Below are positions 29,561 to 40,060 of a stretch of 64,000 bases of DNA, in pieces. The DNA comes from the human T2T-CHM13v2.0 reference genome, Homo sapiens. A program made the position numbers and the translations under genes. The notes below the pieces were generated by a model that was not told the origin of the DNA, did no database searches, and worked only from the letters and a program-made list of their open reading frames with translations. The stretch lies in NCBI RefSeq assembly GCF_009914755.1, contig NC_060934.1. One strand, 5' to 3'. Position 1 is the first letter of the stretch; each line of letters starts with the position of its first letter.

Positions 29561-30370
29561 TGCATCCCCCACCCCCACCCCAGCTCCCTCTCAGAGAGGG
29601 GCCCCTTCTCCTCTACTTAACCCGCGGTTAGGGATCACTGTAAACAGTCTGGGGTCATCACACAGGAGAAAGGGCGAGGGGGAAACCTGGAGGCCTGGCC
29701 TTTCTCCCGCAGAGGGAGGGAGGTAGCTTCCGACGACGGCTCCCAACCCACGGGCCCTCCGCTCACCGCTAGCGGACCAGCGGGCAGTCCACCTGCGCCG
29801 CCTCCATCCCCTGCCGCGTAGCCCACGCATCCAACCTCTTGAGGGAAAGGCGGGAGGGCGGTGTCTCCCAAAAGAGCTCCCACCTCTTGTGTTGGCACTG
29901 CACATTGATGCCATTCTTAGGACTTTCTGGGAGAAAAATGTCCCGAAGGCCTTTCTTCGCCACCGCCCCCCACTCCCATTTCCACCCATTAGGGGCCATG
30001 CCTCCTAGAACCGGAGTGGCATCTATAAAGGCCCTGGCCCCCAGCGCGACAGGGTGGACGCGCCCCAATACAAACCCTTCGTGGGTGGCCGCGAGCGCCT
30101 CCGCTGGGAAGCCCTGGGCGGGCACCGGCCCACAGGTCCCGCCCGTGGGTGTGCGAGCGCGTCGGTGCCTCCCGCCTCCCCGGGCTCTCTCCACGCGGAC
30201 GCGGTGATCGCCCCACCTCCGCCCGGCCCGCCCGCCACGGCCATTACCCTGCCCGCGACACCTGCGCCTGAGACCCGGCGGGAGGAGCGGGCGGAGAAGC
30301 CACCGGCCGGACTCGTGGGGTCCGCCCTGGCTTGCAGGCGTCTGATCCCCACTCCCCGACCCTCCCGCAG

Positions 30371-30457
30371 GGAGCGAGTTCTCCGGCAACCCGTACAGCC
30401 ACCCCCAGTACACGGCCTACAACGAGGCTTGGAGATTCAGCAACCCCGCCTTACTAA
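30371..30457 (+). CDS. PAX2: PAX2 coding exon (classical exon 11, 87 bp)
   Basis: Acceptor cctcccgcAG, donor GTgagt at 30458. Main frame (G)[28 protein letters not shown]. Shifted frame [28 protein letters not shown] with TAA at 30455-30457. Confidence 0.98.
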   Translation, partial: GASSPATRTATPSTRPTTRLGDSATPPY

Positions 30458-30904
30458 GTGAGTACGCCACCTGGCTGGCCGGCGGCTCAGCGCGGCCGCG
30501 CGGCTTCTGGGCACGGTCCCACTCCCGGCGACCCGACCTCTGGGGACCCGGCCGGGCCAGGGGGACAGGCTTGTTAGTGCAGCACTGAGGCCCGGGGACC
30601 CCTCGAGGACGCCCGCACCTCCTGCCCTCCCGTGCCCTCCCTGGTCGCTCGAAGGCTCTGCGCCGCCCTCGCCCTCGGATCCCCTGGAGGGTGCGCAGCC
30701 GGGCGTCACCAGATCGGGTCCCTCTCATGCCCCGTGAACGCAACTATTCTCCGGGGCAACTGGCTCCACTGCCCAGCCAAGGTCTCCCAGTCCGGATCCC
30801 GCTGGACCCCAGCCAGGGGAGGTCTTTTCTGTGCTTTTCTTTCCTTTTTTGTTCTCCTGTTTGTCCTCTCACCCAGCCCATTCTTCTCCTGTGTTAACTT
30901 CCAG

Positions 30905-30981
30905 GTTCCCCTTATTATTATAGTGCCGCCCCCCGGGGCTCCGCCCCTGCCGCTGCTGCCGCTGCCTATGACCGCCACTAG
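30905..30981 (+). CDS. PAX2: PAX2 terminal exon coding part, major acceptor
   Basis: Acceptor ttaacttccAG ends at 30904. Encodes (S)SPYYYSAAPRGSAPAAAAAAYDRH* (TAG 30979-30981), the canonical PAX2 C-terminus. Confidence 0.97.
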
Positions 30982-31045
30982 TTACCGCGGGGACCACATC
31001 AAGCTTCAGGCCGACAGCTTCGGCCTCCACATCGTCCCCGTCTGA
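30924..31045 (+). CDS. PAX2: PAX2 terminal exon, alternative acceptor 19 nt downstream (isoform d/e type C-terminus)
   Basis: tattatAG ends at 30923. Frame gives (M)PPPGAPPLPLLPLPMTATSYRGDHIKLQADSFGLHIVPV* with TGA at 31043-31045 (ORF track 30632..31045). Confidence 0.85.
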
Positions 31046-33303
31046 CCCCACCCCGGAGGGAGGGAGGACCGACGCGACGCGATGCCTCCCGGCCACCGCC
31101 CCAGCCTCACCCCATCCCACGACCCCCGCAACCCTTCACATCACCCTCCTCGAAGGTCGGACAGGACGGGTGGAGCCGCGGGCGGGACCCTCAGGCCCGG
31201 GCCCACCGCCCCCAGCCCCGCCTGCCGCCCCTCCCCGCCTGCCTGGACTGCGCGGCGCCGTGAGGGGGATTCGGCCCAGCTCGTCCCGGCCTCCACCAAG
31301 CCAGCCCCGAAGCCCGCCAGCCACCCTGCCGGACTCGGGCGCGACCTGCTGGCGCGCGCCGGATGTTTCTGTGACACACAATCAGCGCGGACCGCAGCGC
31401 GGCCCAGCCCCGGGCACCCGCCTCGGACGCTCGGGCGCCAGGAGGCTTCGCTGGAGGGGCTGGGCCAAGGAGATTAAGAAGAAAACGACTTTCTGCAGGA
31501 GGAAGAGCCCGCTGCCGAATCCCTGGGAAAAATTCTTTTCCCCCAGTGCCAGCCGGACTGCCCTCGCCTTCCGGGTGTGCCCTGTCCCAGAAGATGGAAT
31601 GGGGGTGTGGGGGTCCGGCTCTAGGAACGGGCTTTGGGGGCGTCAGGTCTTTCCAAGGTTGGGACCCAAGGATCGGGGGGCCCAGCAGCCCGCACCGATC
31701 GAGCCGGACTCTCGGCTCTTCACTGCTCCTCCTGGCCTGCCTAGTTCCCCAGGGCCCGGCACCTCCTGCTGCGAGACCCGGCTCTCAGCCCTGCCTTGCC
31801 CCTACCTCAGCGTCTCTTCCACCTGCTGGCCTCCCAGTTTCCCCTCCTGCCAGTCCTTCGCCTGTCCCTTGACGCCCTGCATCCTCCTCCCTGACTCGCA
31901 GCCCCATCGGACGCTCTCCCGGGACCGCCGCAGGACCAGTTTCCATAGACTGCGGACTGGGGTCTTCCTCCAGCAGTTACTTGATGCCCCCTCCCCCGAC
32001 ACAGACTCTCAATCTGCCGGTGGTAAGAACCGGTTCTGAGCTGGCGTCTGAGCTGCTGCGGGGTGGAAGTGGGGGGCTGCCCACTCCACTCCTCCCATCC
32101 CCTCCCAGCCTCCTCCTCCGGCAGGAACTGAACAGAACCACAAAAAGTCTACATTTATTTAATATGATGGTCTTTGCAAAAAGGAACAACACAAAAGCCC
32201 ACCAGGCTGCTGCTTTGTGGAAAGACGGTGTGTGTCGTGTGAAGGCGAAACCCGGTGTACATAACCCCTCCCCCTCCGCCCCGCCCCGCCCGGCCCCGTA
32301 GAGTCCCTGTCGCCCGCCGGCCCTGCCTGTAGATACGCCCCGCTGTCTGTGCTGTGAGAGTCGCCGCTCGCTGGGGGGGAAGGGGGGGACACAGCTACAC
32401 GCCCATTAAAGCACAGCACGTCCTGGGGGAGGGGGGCATTTTTTATGTTACAAAAAAAAATTACGAAAGAAAAGAAATCTCTATGCAAAATGACGAACAT
32501 GGTCCTGTGGACTCCTCTGGCCTGTTTTGTTGGCTCTTTCTCTGTAATTCCGTGTTTTCGCTTTTTCCTCCCTGCCCCTCTCTCCCTCTGCCCCTCTCTC
32601 CTCTCCGCTTCTCTCCCCCTCTGTCTCTGTCTCTCTCCGTCTCTGTCGCTCTTGTCTGTCTGTCTCTGCTCTTTCCTCGGCCTCTCTCCCCAGACCTGGC
32701 CCGGCCGCCCTGTCTCCGCAGGCTAGATCCGAGGTGGCAGCTCCAGCCCCCGGGCTCGCCCCCTCGCGGGCGTGCCCCGCGCGCCCCGGGCGGCCGAAGG
32801 CCGGGCCGCCCCGTCCCGCCCCGTAGTTGCTCTTTCGGTAGTGGCGATGCGCCCTGCATGTCTCCTCACCCGTGGATCGTGACGACTCGAAATAACAGAA
32901 ACAAAGTCAATAAAGTGAAAATAAATAAAAATCATTGAACAAATCCGAAAAGGCTTGGAGTCCTCGCCCAGATCTCTCTCCCCTGCGAGCCCTTTTTATT
33001 TGAGAAGGAAAAAGAGAAAAGAGAATCGTTTAAGGGAACCCGGCGCCCAGCCAGGCTCCAGTGGCCCGAACGGGGCGGCGAGGGCGGCGAGGGCGCCGAG
33101 GTCCGGCCCATCCCAGTCCTGTGGGGCTGGCCGGGCAGAGACCCCGGACCCAGGCCCAGGCCTAACCTGCTAAATGTCCCCGGACGGTTCTGGTCTCCTC
33201 GGCCACTTTCAGTGCGTCGGTTCGTTTTGATTCTTTTTCTTTTGTGCACATAAGAAATAAATAATAATAATAAATAAAGAATAAAATTTTGTATGTCACT
33301 CCC
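30982..33303 (+). other. PAX2: PAX2 3' UTR (~2.3 kb)
   Basis: Follows the stop codon, is repeat-free and GC-rich, and ends after the AATAAA pair at 33273/33280. End position is approximate. Confidence 0.85.
32909..32929 (+). terminator. Candidate proximal polyadenylation signal cluster
   Basis: AATAAA at 32909, 32920 and 32924. The downstream GU element is weak. Confidence 0.45.
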
Positions 33304-33335
33304 CATGGCTCCAAGTTTGTCTCTCCCTGTCTCTG
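33273..33335 (+). terminator. PAX2: Distal polyadenylation signal
   Basis: AATAAA at 33273-33278 and 33280-33285, with an upstream U-rich tract and downstream GT/CT-rich gtttgtctctccctgtct. Confidence 0.85.
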
Positions 33336-34736
33336 AGATGGGCCTCCCCTCCATTGGTCGATCCCCAAAAGCCCCTTCAATAATCCTCCCAACTACACTC
33401 CCGCTGCCACCTCCAACTCCTTTGCCGAGACCCCCTTGGCGGCAGCTGAACCACGGCGAAGGCCGAGACTAGCCTGCCCTTTAGTAGCCACCCTCCCCCA
33501 CGCACCCCGGCCCTGGGGACAGGAAGTTCTTACTCTCCGAAACTTCAGAATAACTCCTAGTTAGGCGCCTATACTAGGCCAACTCTGTGGTCCTACCAGT
33601 ACACCCGCACCCAGATTTAGGGTGCTGGCTCTCAGAACCCGAAGTCTGAGGCCTTCTCCACGTGGGTGGAGGGGTGGTCGTCTGTCCTATCTCCTCCCTC
33701 CGTTCCCTATCCAGTGCAGTTGCGCGTGGGCGCAGCAGCAATTTTATCCCCGAAGTCTGCAATGAAACGCGAAGACCGCAGACGCTTGCCGCAAGTTTCC
33801 TCGCTCTGCGTTTACTTCTGGGCCCGAAGAATGCCCCGCAGAGGCCCTAGGAGCTGGTTCATGGGACTTCACGCGCCTCCAGTGTCTTGCGGAGCCCCAG
33901 CCCCAGCAAGCAGCGGCTGAAATTGGTGCGCCTTGTGCTGTGGTCTGGGTGTGTCCCGGAGAGGGCGCGCAGGCGCCTATGTCTGTCGCGGGGCGGTCGG
34001 CGGGTTCCTGCATAGGTATGGCTTTCTGTTCATCTATGTGTTCGTCTGTATGTCCCTGGATGGGTCTGGGGGTGTGGTAGTAGGAGAATTGTTTTTTTAG
34101 CCATCCTTGCTGTTCTTGTGTCCAGGTGTCCAGTGAAAGATCTGTATGTCTCCACCTCTCTGTTCTCTGTTTAGGAGAGGTTGCAGGGGGAAGGGGGATG
34201 TGGTGACTGTCCAGGATTGTTCTGCTGCATCAGAGATACTTGGGAGGATCGCCTTTCCATCCCTTCAGCAGCTTCCCAGCTCTGGTCCTCCCACACTCTT
34301 GTCAACACAAAGGGCCCAGCTTCCACCTGGAAACTTTCCTTCTGTGCCCCTGGGACACCTTCCCAGCCCAGCTTCTACCACAGCTTCCTCCCACTTGAAA
34401 GGCTCTTGAATCTCTGAGCTGCCAGGGATGCAAGCAGGACATTGGGGCAGACTAAGAAGTGACCTTCCCCTTTGGCTTGGGACAGTGTCTCCTAGACACC
34501 TCCTTCCCATCAGAATCCCAGAGACCTTTCTTTCAAGTCAATCTGCCCAGGCTCACCCATATCACGGCACCCTCTAGGGGATGTACAGGACCCCAACAAA
34601 TCAGCAAACCTTCAATAAAGTCCATTCCTTTCCCCCTCCCTCTGCACCTGTGTCTCCCGATTCTTCATCTCAGCAAATGGCAGTTGCACCCTTCACCCTG
34701 CCTGGTGTTGGCTGTCTTGACCGCCAGCCTCCTAGA

Positions 34737-34995
34737 AGAGTGGCCTTCAAACTTCTTTGATCATACACCCTCTCAGCCAAAAGAATTCTGAATGTGTACT
34801 CCCAATATAAGTATATTTACTGATTTACAAATTCCATAAATATACTACTGGGCTAACATATTATGAATCGTGTAAAAGATAAAATATTAAAAGAACGAGT
34901 TTGGAATATGTGAAAATAGAAGTTCTAATGTTCTCACACCCAAATGGATTATCTTGCACTCCCTGGAAGACGTGCACCCCACTTTGGAGATCCTG
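34737..34995 (+). mobile_element. MER96B-like hAT MITE
   Basis: gtggccttcaaacttctttgatc ... gtgcaccccactttggagatcctg, resembling the recalled consensus. Confidence 0.65.
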
Positions 34996-36429
34996 GTCAT
35001 AACCCATGAAAACCCAGCATGGCAGAACTCCTGACTATTGCCTGGTGCCCAGCAAGTACGTTTCTGGAAGTTGCCAGGGCACTGGCTTGGGCCAGGGCAG
35101 CCCAGTGAACACTGCCCTCATCATATATAGTGGGTACCAGACCCCCAGTGCCTGGCTTTGCCTCCAGGTCCACCCCAGACAGGGAGCCTTGCCCTGCCCA
35201 CTCCATCAATTTGGGAGCCATGGCCTCTTATGTGGGTCTCACTGGAACCTCTTCTGTTCTATTTCTGGTCTCTCTCAGACTGAACTGGATGGACAGCAAA
35301 CATTCCACTGTTTACAGTAAGCACCTCTGCCCAGAAGCTTCATATGGTGTCCCTCCTAGAATACTGATTTCAGCTTGGAATCAGCCTGAGGGCCCGAAAA
35401 CATGATCTATCATCCTTGGCCAGTTGCAACCCCACTCACCCACCCCAGAAACAAAGAAGGCCTGTTCTCCTGCTTCAGTTTGTTTTCTCCAGAAGTCATT
35501 TTGACTCTGCTGGCTCTGTCCCCATCCTACCTCTACAGAGTTCCCAGCTGAGGCACACCAAGTATGACAGTTAGAAACAGATGAACAGAAGTGTCCTGGG
35601 TTGAGGGAAGAGCAGGAGCAAAGACAGGAAGTCATGAAAATACACCAGATACAATCAATGTGGCTGGAGTATCAGGTGCCAGGGGAGGGGGGGGGGTTGT
35701 GGAGGGAGGTGGCAGGAGATGAAGCTACAAATGTAATTAGAACACTGTCTTGGGCATTCCAAATTGTACCTGTCACACACACAGCTCCTTTAAGGAAGCT
35801 GCCCTACCCACAGCTACTTCCTGCCCATGTAGACAATGTATTTGTACCAGTGACTCTGTTACTGGTACAGAATTGGACTGGAACACAAGTCCACGCTGAA
35901 CCAATCAATCCTCCTCTTTCGGAAAACAAAACTAGGAAGTATGGAAAGAAAGAGGCCATTAACCACGAAAAGAAAAGCCCAAAGGAGGCCCTGAGGGCAT
36001 CCCCTAGTCCTCCTCACCTCAGTAAAGGATAGCTCCATTTGTATCACTCAAGCCCAAAAACCCACATCTTCCCTGACTCCTCCTGTCTTTTGCATCCCAC
36101 GTTTGATTCATCAGCAAAACCAGACAATTCTACCTTTAAAATCTATCCAGAGCATGACCTCTTCCAACTACCTGTACTGGACTATCCAGGATCAAGCCAC
36201 TGTGGTCCTTCACCTGAGCTTGCAAACAGAAAGTTCTAATTGGCCTTCCTGCTTCCATCTTTGCCTCCCTCCAGCAGCCAGAATGGTCCCCCAAAATGTA
36301 TGGCAATTCATGTCCCTCCTCTGCCCAGAAACCTTCGGTGGCTCCCCATCTCTCTCAGCGTCAAAGTCAAAATCCCTCCCCATCGCCACCACCATCTTAA
36401 CCCACCTCCCATCACCTCCCTAGGCTCAC

Positions 36430-37213
36430 CGTGCTCTCTGAGCCTGATGGTAGGAGCCCTCAATCATGTGAAGAGGAGGATGACCCACAGAGAGAGTAGC
36501 TGAGTCGCTAATGAGGAGGACTGAGAGGGCACATGTTCCTGCCTCTCCTGCAGCACAGAGGATTGAGACTCAAATTGCACTGAACACCTCAAATAACTCC
36601 CACCATTCCTTGGGGTGACTCTCTGTTCCTTACAACTCAAAGCACCTCTCACAGTCCCCGTGGGGGGCATCGAGAGTGCATCCCTCCTTCCATTGGGAAG
36701 CTGCCCCTCTACCATCCTGTGTAGTTCTCGTGGGACTGTCAATCACAGTGCCCCATCAGCTCCTACCACATATTTGGTCTTGTGACGCTCCTCTGGCCAA
36801 TGAGGACCCCATGTCCCTGGCCACAGCACAGAGATAAAAAGTTAGAAACAATGGGAGTTCTCTCAGGAGCGTTGTTATGGAGTCCTGGAAGAGAGGAGGG
36901 GTTTTTGGCCTGTGAGCTGCAATGATGAGGGCTTGAGACTCCACGTGGAGAATGTCTGCCCAAGGGTGAAGTCATGCTCAGAGTCAAACAGAGACCAGCA
37001 GAGCTGAGAGGTAGAGGAAAAAAACAAAAAACAAAACAAAACAAAAAAAAACACCAACTCTGGTACTATCATTCAAACCTCTGGAGCCAGCTAGGCCCGA
37101 AGCAAGCCCCATTTTTGGATTTCCAGGATCAAAATTCAATACCTTCTTCTTTCTTGGCTTAAACAAATTTGTTGGGTCTGTCATTTGCAACCAAAAAAGT
37201 TCTGATTTAAGCA
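36430..37213 (+). mobile_element. Old MLT1 (J/K-like) LTR fragments
   Basis: 3' terminus ctgtcatttgcaaccaaaaaagttctgatttaagca; 5' boundary uncertain. Confidence 0.5.
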
Positions 37214-39739
37214 GTTCTGGGAGACACACATGCTCTGTTAAGAGCTTTGGATTTTTTATTTTTTTCCCCTAGAGGCAACGAGAGCTATGGAAAGTTTTTG
37301 AGCAGAGAGAATAGCTTAATAAGTCACATTTTTGGAAGAGTGCTCTATGCATAATGAAGAAGTGGAATACAAGGAGAGACAGTGGGTGCAGGGAGAACTG
37401 TAAGAGACCACTACCATGGTTGAGGCAAGAGATGATGGGAAGCTATGCTAATGATTAGATTAGCTCCTGAAGGAAACTGACAAGGAAGCATGACACAGTT
37501 TTATTTTTAGGTAAAAAAGAAAGACAAGTGCAGATCAGAAGACCTGCTGCATGAGAAAGAGAAAATAAGAATCTTTCTCACATTTGCTTATATACACATA
37601 AACAGAAAGATAAAATGGTGTCTCTGAGCTGGGAACTATGTGGACGGGGACAGGGCAAGTATAGTCATTTCTGTGACTATAATTTTTTAAAAACTAATTT
37701 TGACTTTAATGAAAAATAAAATTTCAATTAAGAAATGTAAAGAGACAACCAGGTCCTTGACACATATAAGCATAATGAATAAGCCAAATTTGGCTTTTCT
37801 TGATGTTCTATTATGACTGAGGGAAAGGCCATTTGATTTGGAGAATAGCAGATACCTGGTGACCTCCAAGCTAGTGTTTTCTGCAGATGGAAGTGGGGGG
37901 TGGCTAAAATGTAAGGATGTAGAAAGGGGCAGAGTGTAACTGATTCTTTTCAAATATTTGGAAAGGAGGAGAACAGGAGAGGGGCCTGGGGATTGTATGG
38001 TCTGTGAGCTCAAGAGAAGGTTCTTTTTGGCCGAGGGCTGTGTGGACAAGCCTGTGGTTGAGGCAGAGGGTGGAAGGCAGGGATGTGAAGAGAAGCTGCT
38101 CATGATGGACATGAGGGGCCTGAAAGAATGGGGTGGAGGCATGTGGGGAGGGGTGGAGAGGAACCAGAAAATTCTGCTTGGGAGAGGAAGGTCTTGAAGG
38201 GACAGGGTCCACTAGATTTGCTCAGAAAGATTGTAGGAGCCACAGCTGCTGTCTGCTGAGAGTGAGGGGAGCAGGACTGGATCCTGCCTTGAGCGGGTAG
38301 AGAATTTTGGAAGAATCTCTTCTGGGGATTCAGAAGGAAGTTGTGAGGGCAGCAGGAGCACATGGCCAACAGCAGCAGGGAGAGCTCACACTGTGGGGAG
38401 GTCCTGGGCTCCATCCTTCAAGACACAGAAGCCAGGCCCCCAAGATTACACTGCCCCCACTCCCAAACTCCATCCACATCTCCCTTCTCCAAGGGGCCTC
38501 CCTAGCTGACTGGACCCCGGCAGAACCTTGAGCCCATGCTCACAGTCTGATCTCTGTGACTGTTCATCCTCAAGTGCCCAGGTGTAGCCTCAGCTGCCTT
38601 ATGTGAGAAAGCCACCACCTGCACCCCAAAGAATTCCCACCATGCAACCTAGAGGCAGAAGAAAAACCATGTGTGTACGGAGGCATCTCCACACTGAAGG
38701 CAAAAGGGACCCACAAGAGAGTCACAAGGCTGGCTCACAAGGTCACTATGTGACCTTCAACAGACCTCACTCTCTCTGTGCCTCAGTTTCCTTGTGTGTA
38801 AAACCAGATGACCACTAGGGCTCCTTCCCACTTGGACATTCTAGGCTTCCATAGTTCTAGACTGTAGGTGCTCAGGCAATCTCTGTGGCCAGAAGGAGTT
38901 CGAGTAAGCTCTGTAGAGGTGAGGTGGGTGCACTCAGATGGGGAAGGGGATGGGGGAAAGCTCTTTAATCTACAGAAGGAGGAGGCATGGATTTATTTAT
39001 TGCTGCCACCTTCCCCATCTGAGAGTTAGGACTGCCTTTTCCTATCTCTCTTCCCACTCTCTGCCCAGAGGTCTCTGGGGTGGGTCTCTGTAAGCATTGA
39101 GGCAGATGAATGGTGATCTAAGGGGACCCCTGAGGGTGCAGGGTAGGGCACTAGGGGAGGGAGACAAAGGAAGCTGCTCTTTGGGGCCCAGAACATTTCC
39201 AGCCTCCCCCCACACCTCTGCATGACCAAACCATTCCAATACCCTAATTAGCCAGTCCCTTAGGCCCCTGTTAGCCAGGCCGGCTGAGCGCCCAACTCCC
39301 TGGGGACCAGCCCCTTTACCCCGCAGACTAATCAGTTCTTCACTCTGAGTGCATGAGCGTCCTCATCACACACGCATGCGCACACACACACATACTCTCC
39401 CTTATTCTCACCCAGAACCCCAGGCCCCATTCCAGCCTTATGAGTGTTAATGTAGGGTGGTGCTGCATTTCCCCAGTGACCATATCCCCATTTGGGTTGA
39501 TTGAAGAGTTAGAGAGACCGGACAAAGTTTGGGGGCTCCTCTCCAATTTGGGGTTTTCTCTTAAACTTGTGAGGTCAGGATGTGTAGCCAAGGATGAAGC
39601 CACAATTGGGGTGTTCTATGGTACCCCAAGCCCTTGCATTGGTACCATCTAGGGTCAATATTCACCCCAACTCAAACCCCCTCCTCCCCCTCATCCCGTC
39701 CCCCCTAGTCCATATCCCCACCCCCTACCCCCAACACCC

Positions 39740-40060
39740 GCACTGTCAGCCCAAACACATGATAAATTGCCCTGTCAACAGAATTCATTCAGGGACCAAT
39801 TAATTCCACAGAAATGAACCAGGAGCCATCAGTTGCTGAAAAACTCAGAGTGCAGGGGGCGGAGGAGGGGGTACAGGCAGGGGGTGGGCAGCAGGGGAGG
39901 GGATGGGGAGGTTGGGGAAGTTAGTCTGACAGAAATTGGTCATTTAATGCTTAAGTGCACGCTAGACAGCCCTGTCATCGCCCGCGGCCCCCGTGCGGGA
40001 TTAATTATCGGAGGAGGAGAGGGCAGCCCAGCCCAACCTAGCCGTCTGTCACCAACCAAT
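39740..40060. promoter_or_regulatory. Candidate downstream enhancer / CNE
   Basis: CCAATTAATT, several TGACAG/CTGTCA, GGATTAATTAT and a local CpG cluster; the flanks are L2/MIR-rich. Confidence 0.5.

Larger units (their letters stand above)
29620..34020. promoter_or_regulatory. CpG island(s) over PAX2 terminal exons, 3'UTR and immediate 3' flank
   Basis: Very high CG/GCGC/CGCG density compared with the CpG-depleted flanks (judged by eye); no interspersed repeats. Confidence 0.88.

Noticed and set aside
29591-30743. Many overlapping ORFs on both strands (up to 214 aa)
   Set aside because: CpG-island stop-codon depletion; only the spliced PAX2 exons have protein-level support.
31170-32039. 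289-aa ORF in the 3'UTR
   Set aside because: GTG start, Pro/Arg/Gly-rich, no recognisable domain; expected by chance in very GC-rich DNA.
31130-32940. Small differences from the human 3'UTR as I recall it, hinting at a non-reference haplotype or another great ape
   Set aside because: Based on memory only; needs alignment to human and ape assemblies, so species is not asserted.
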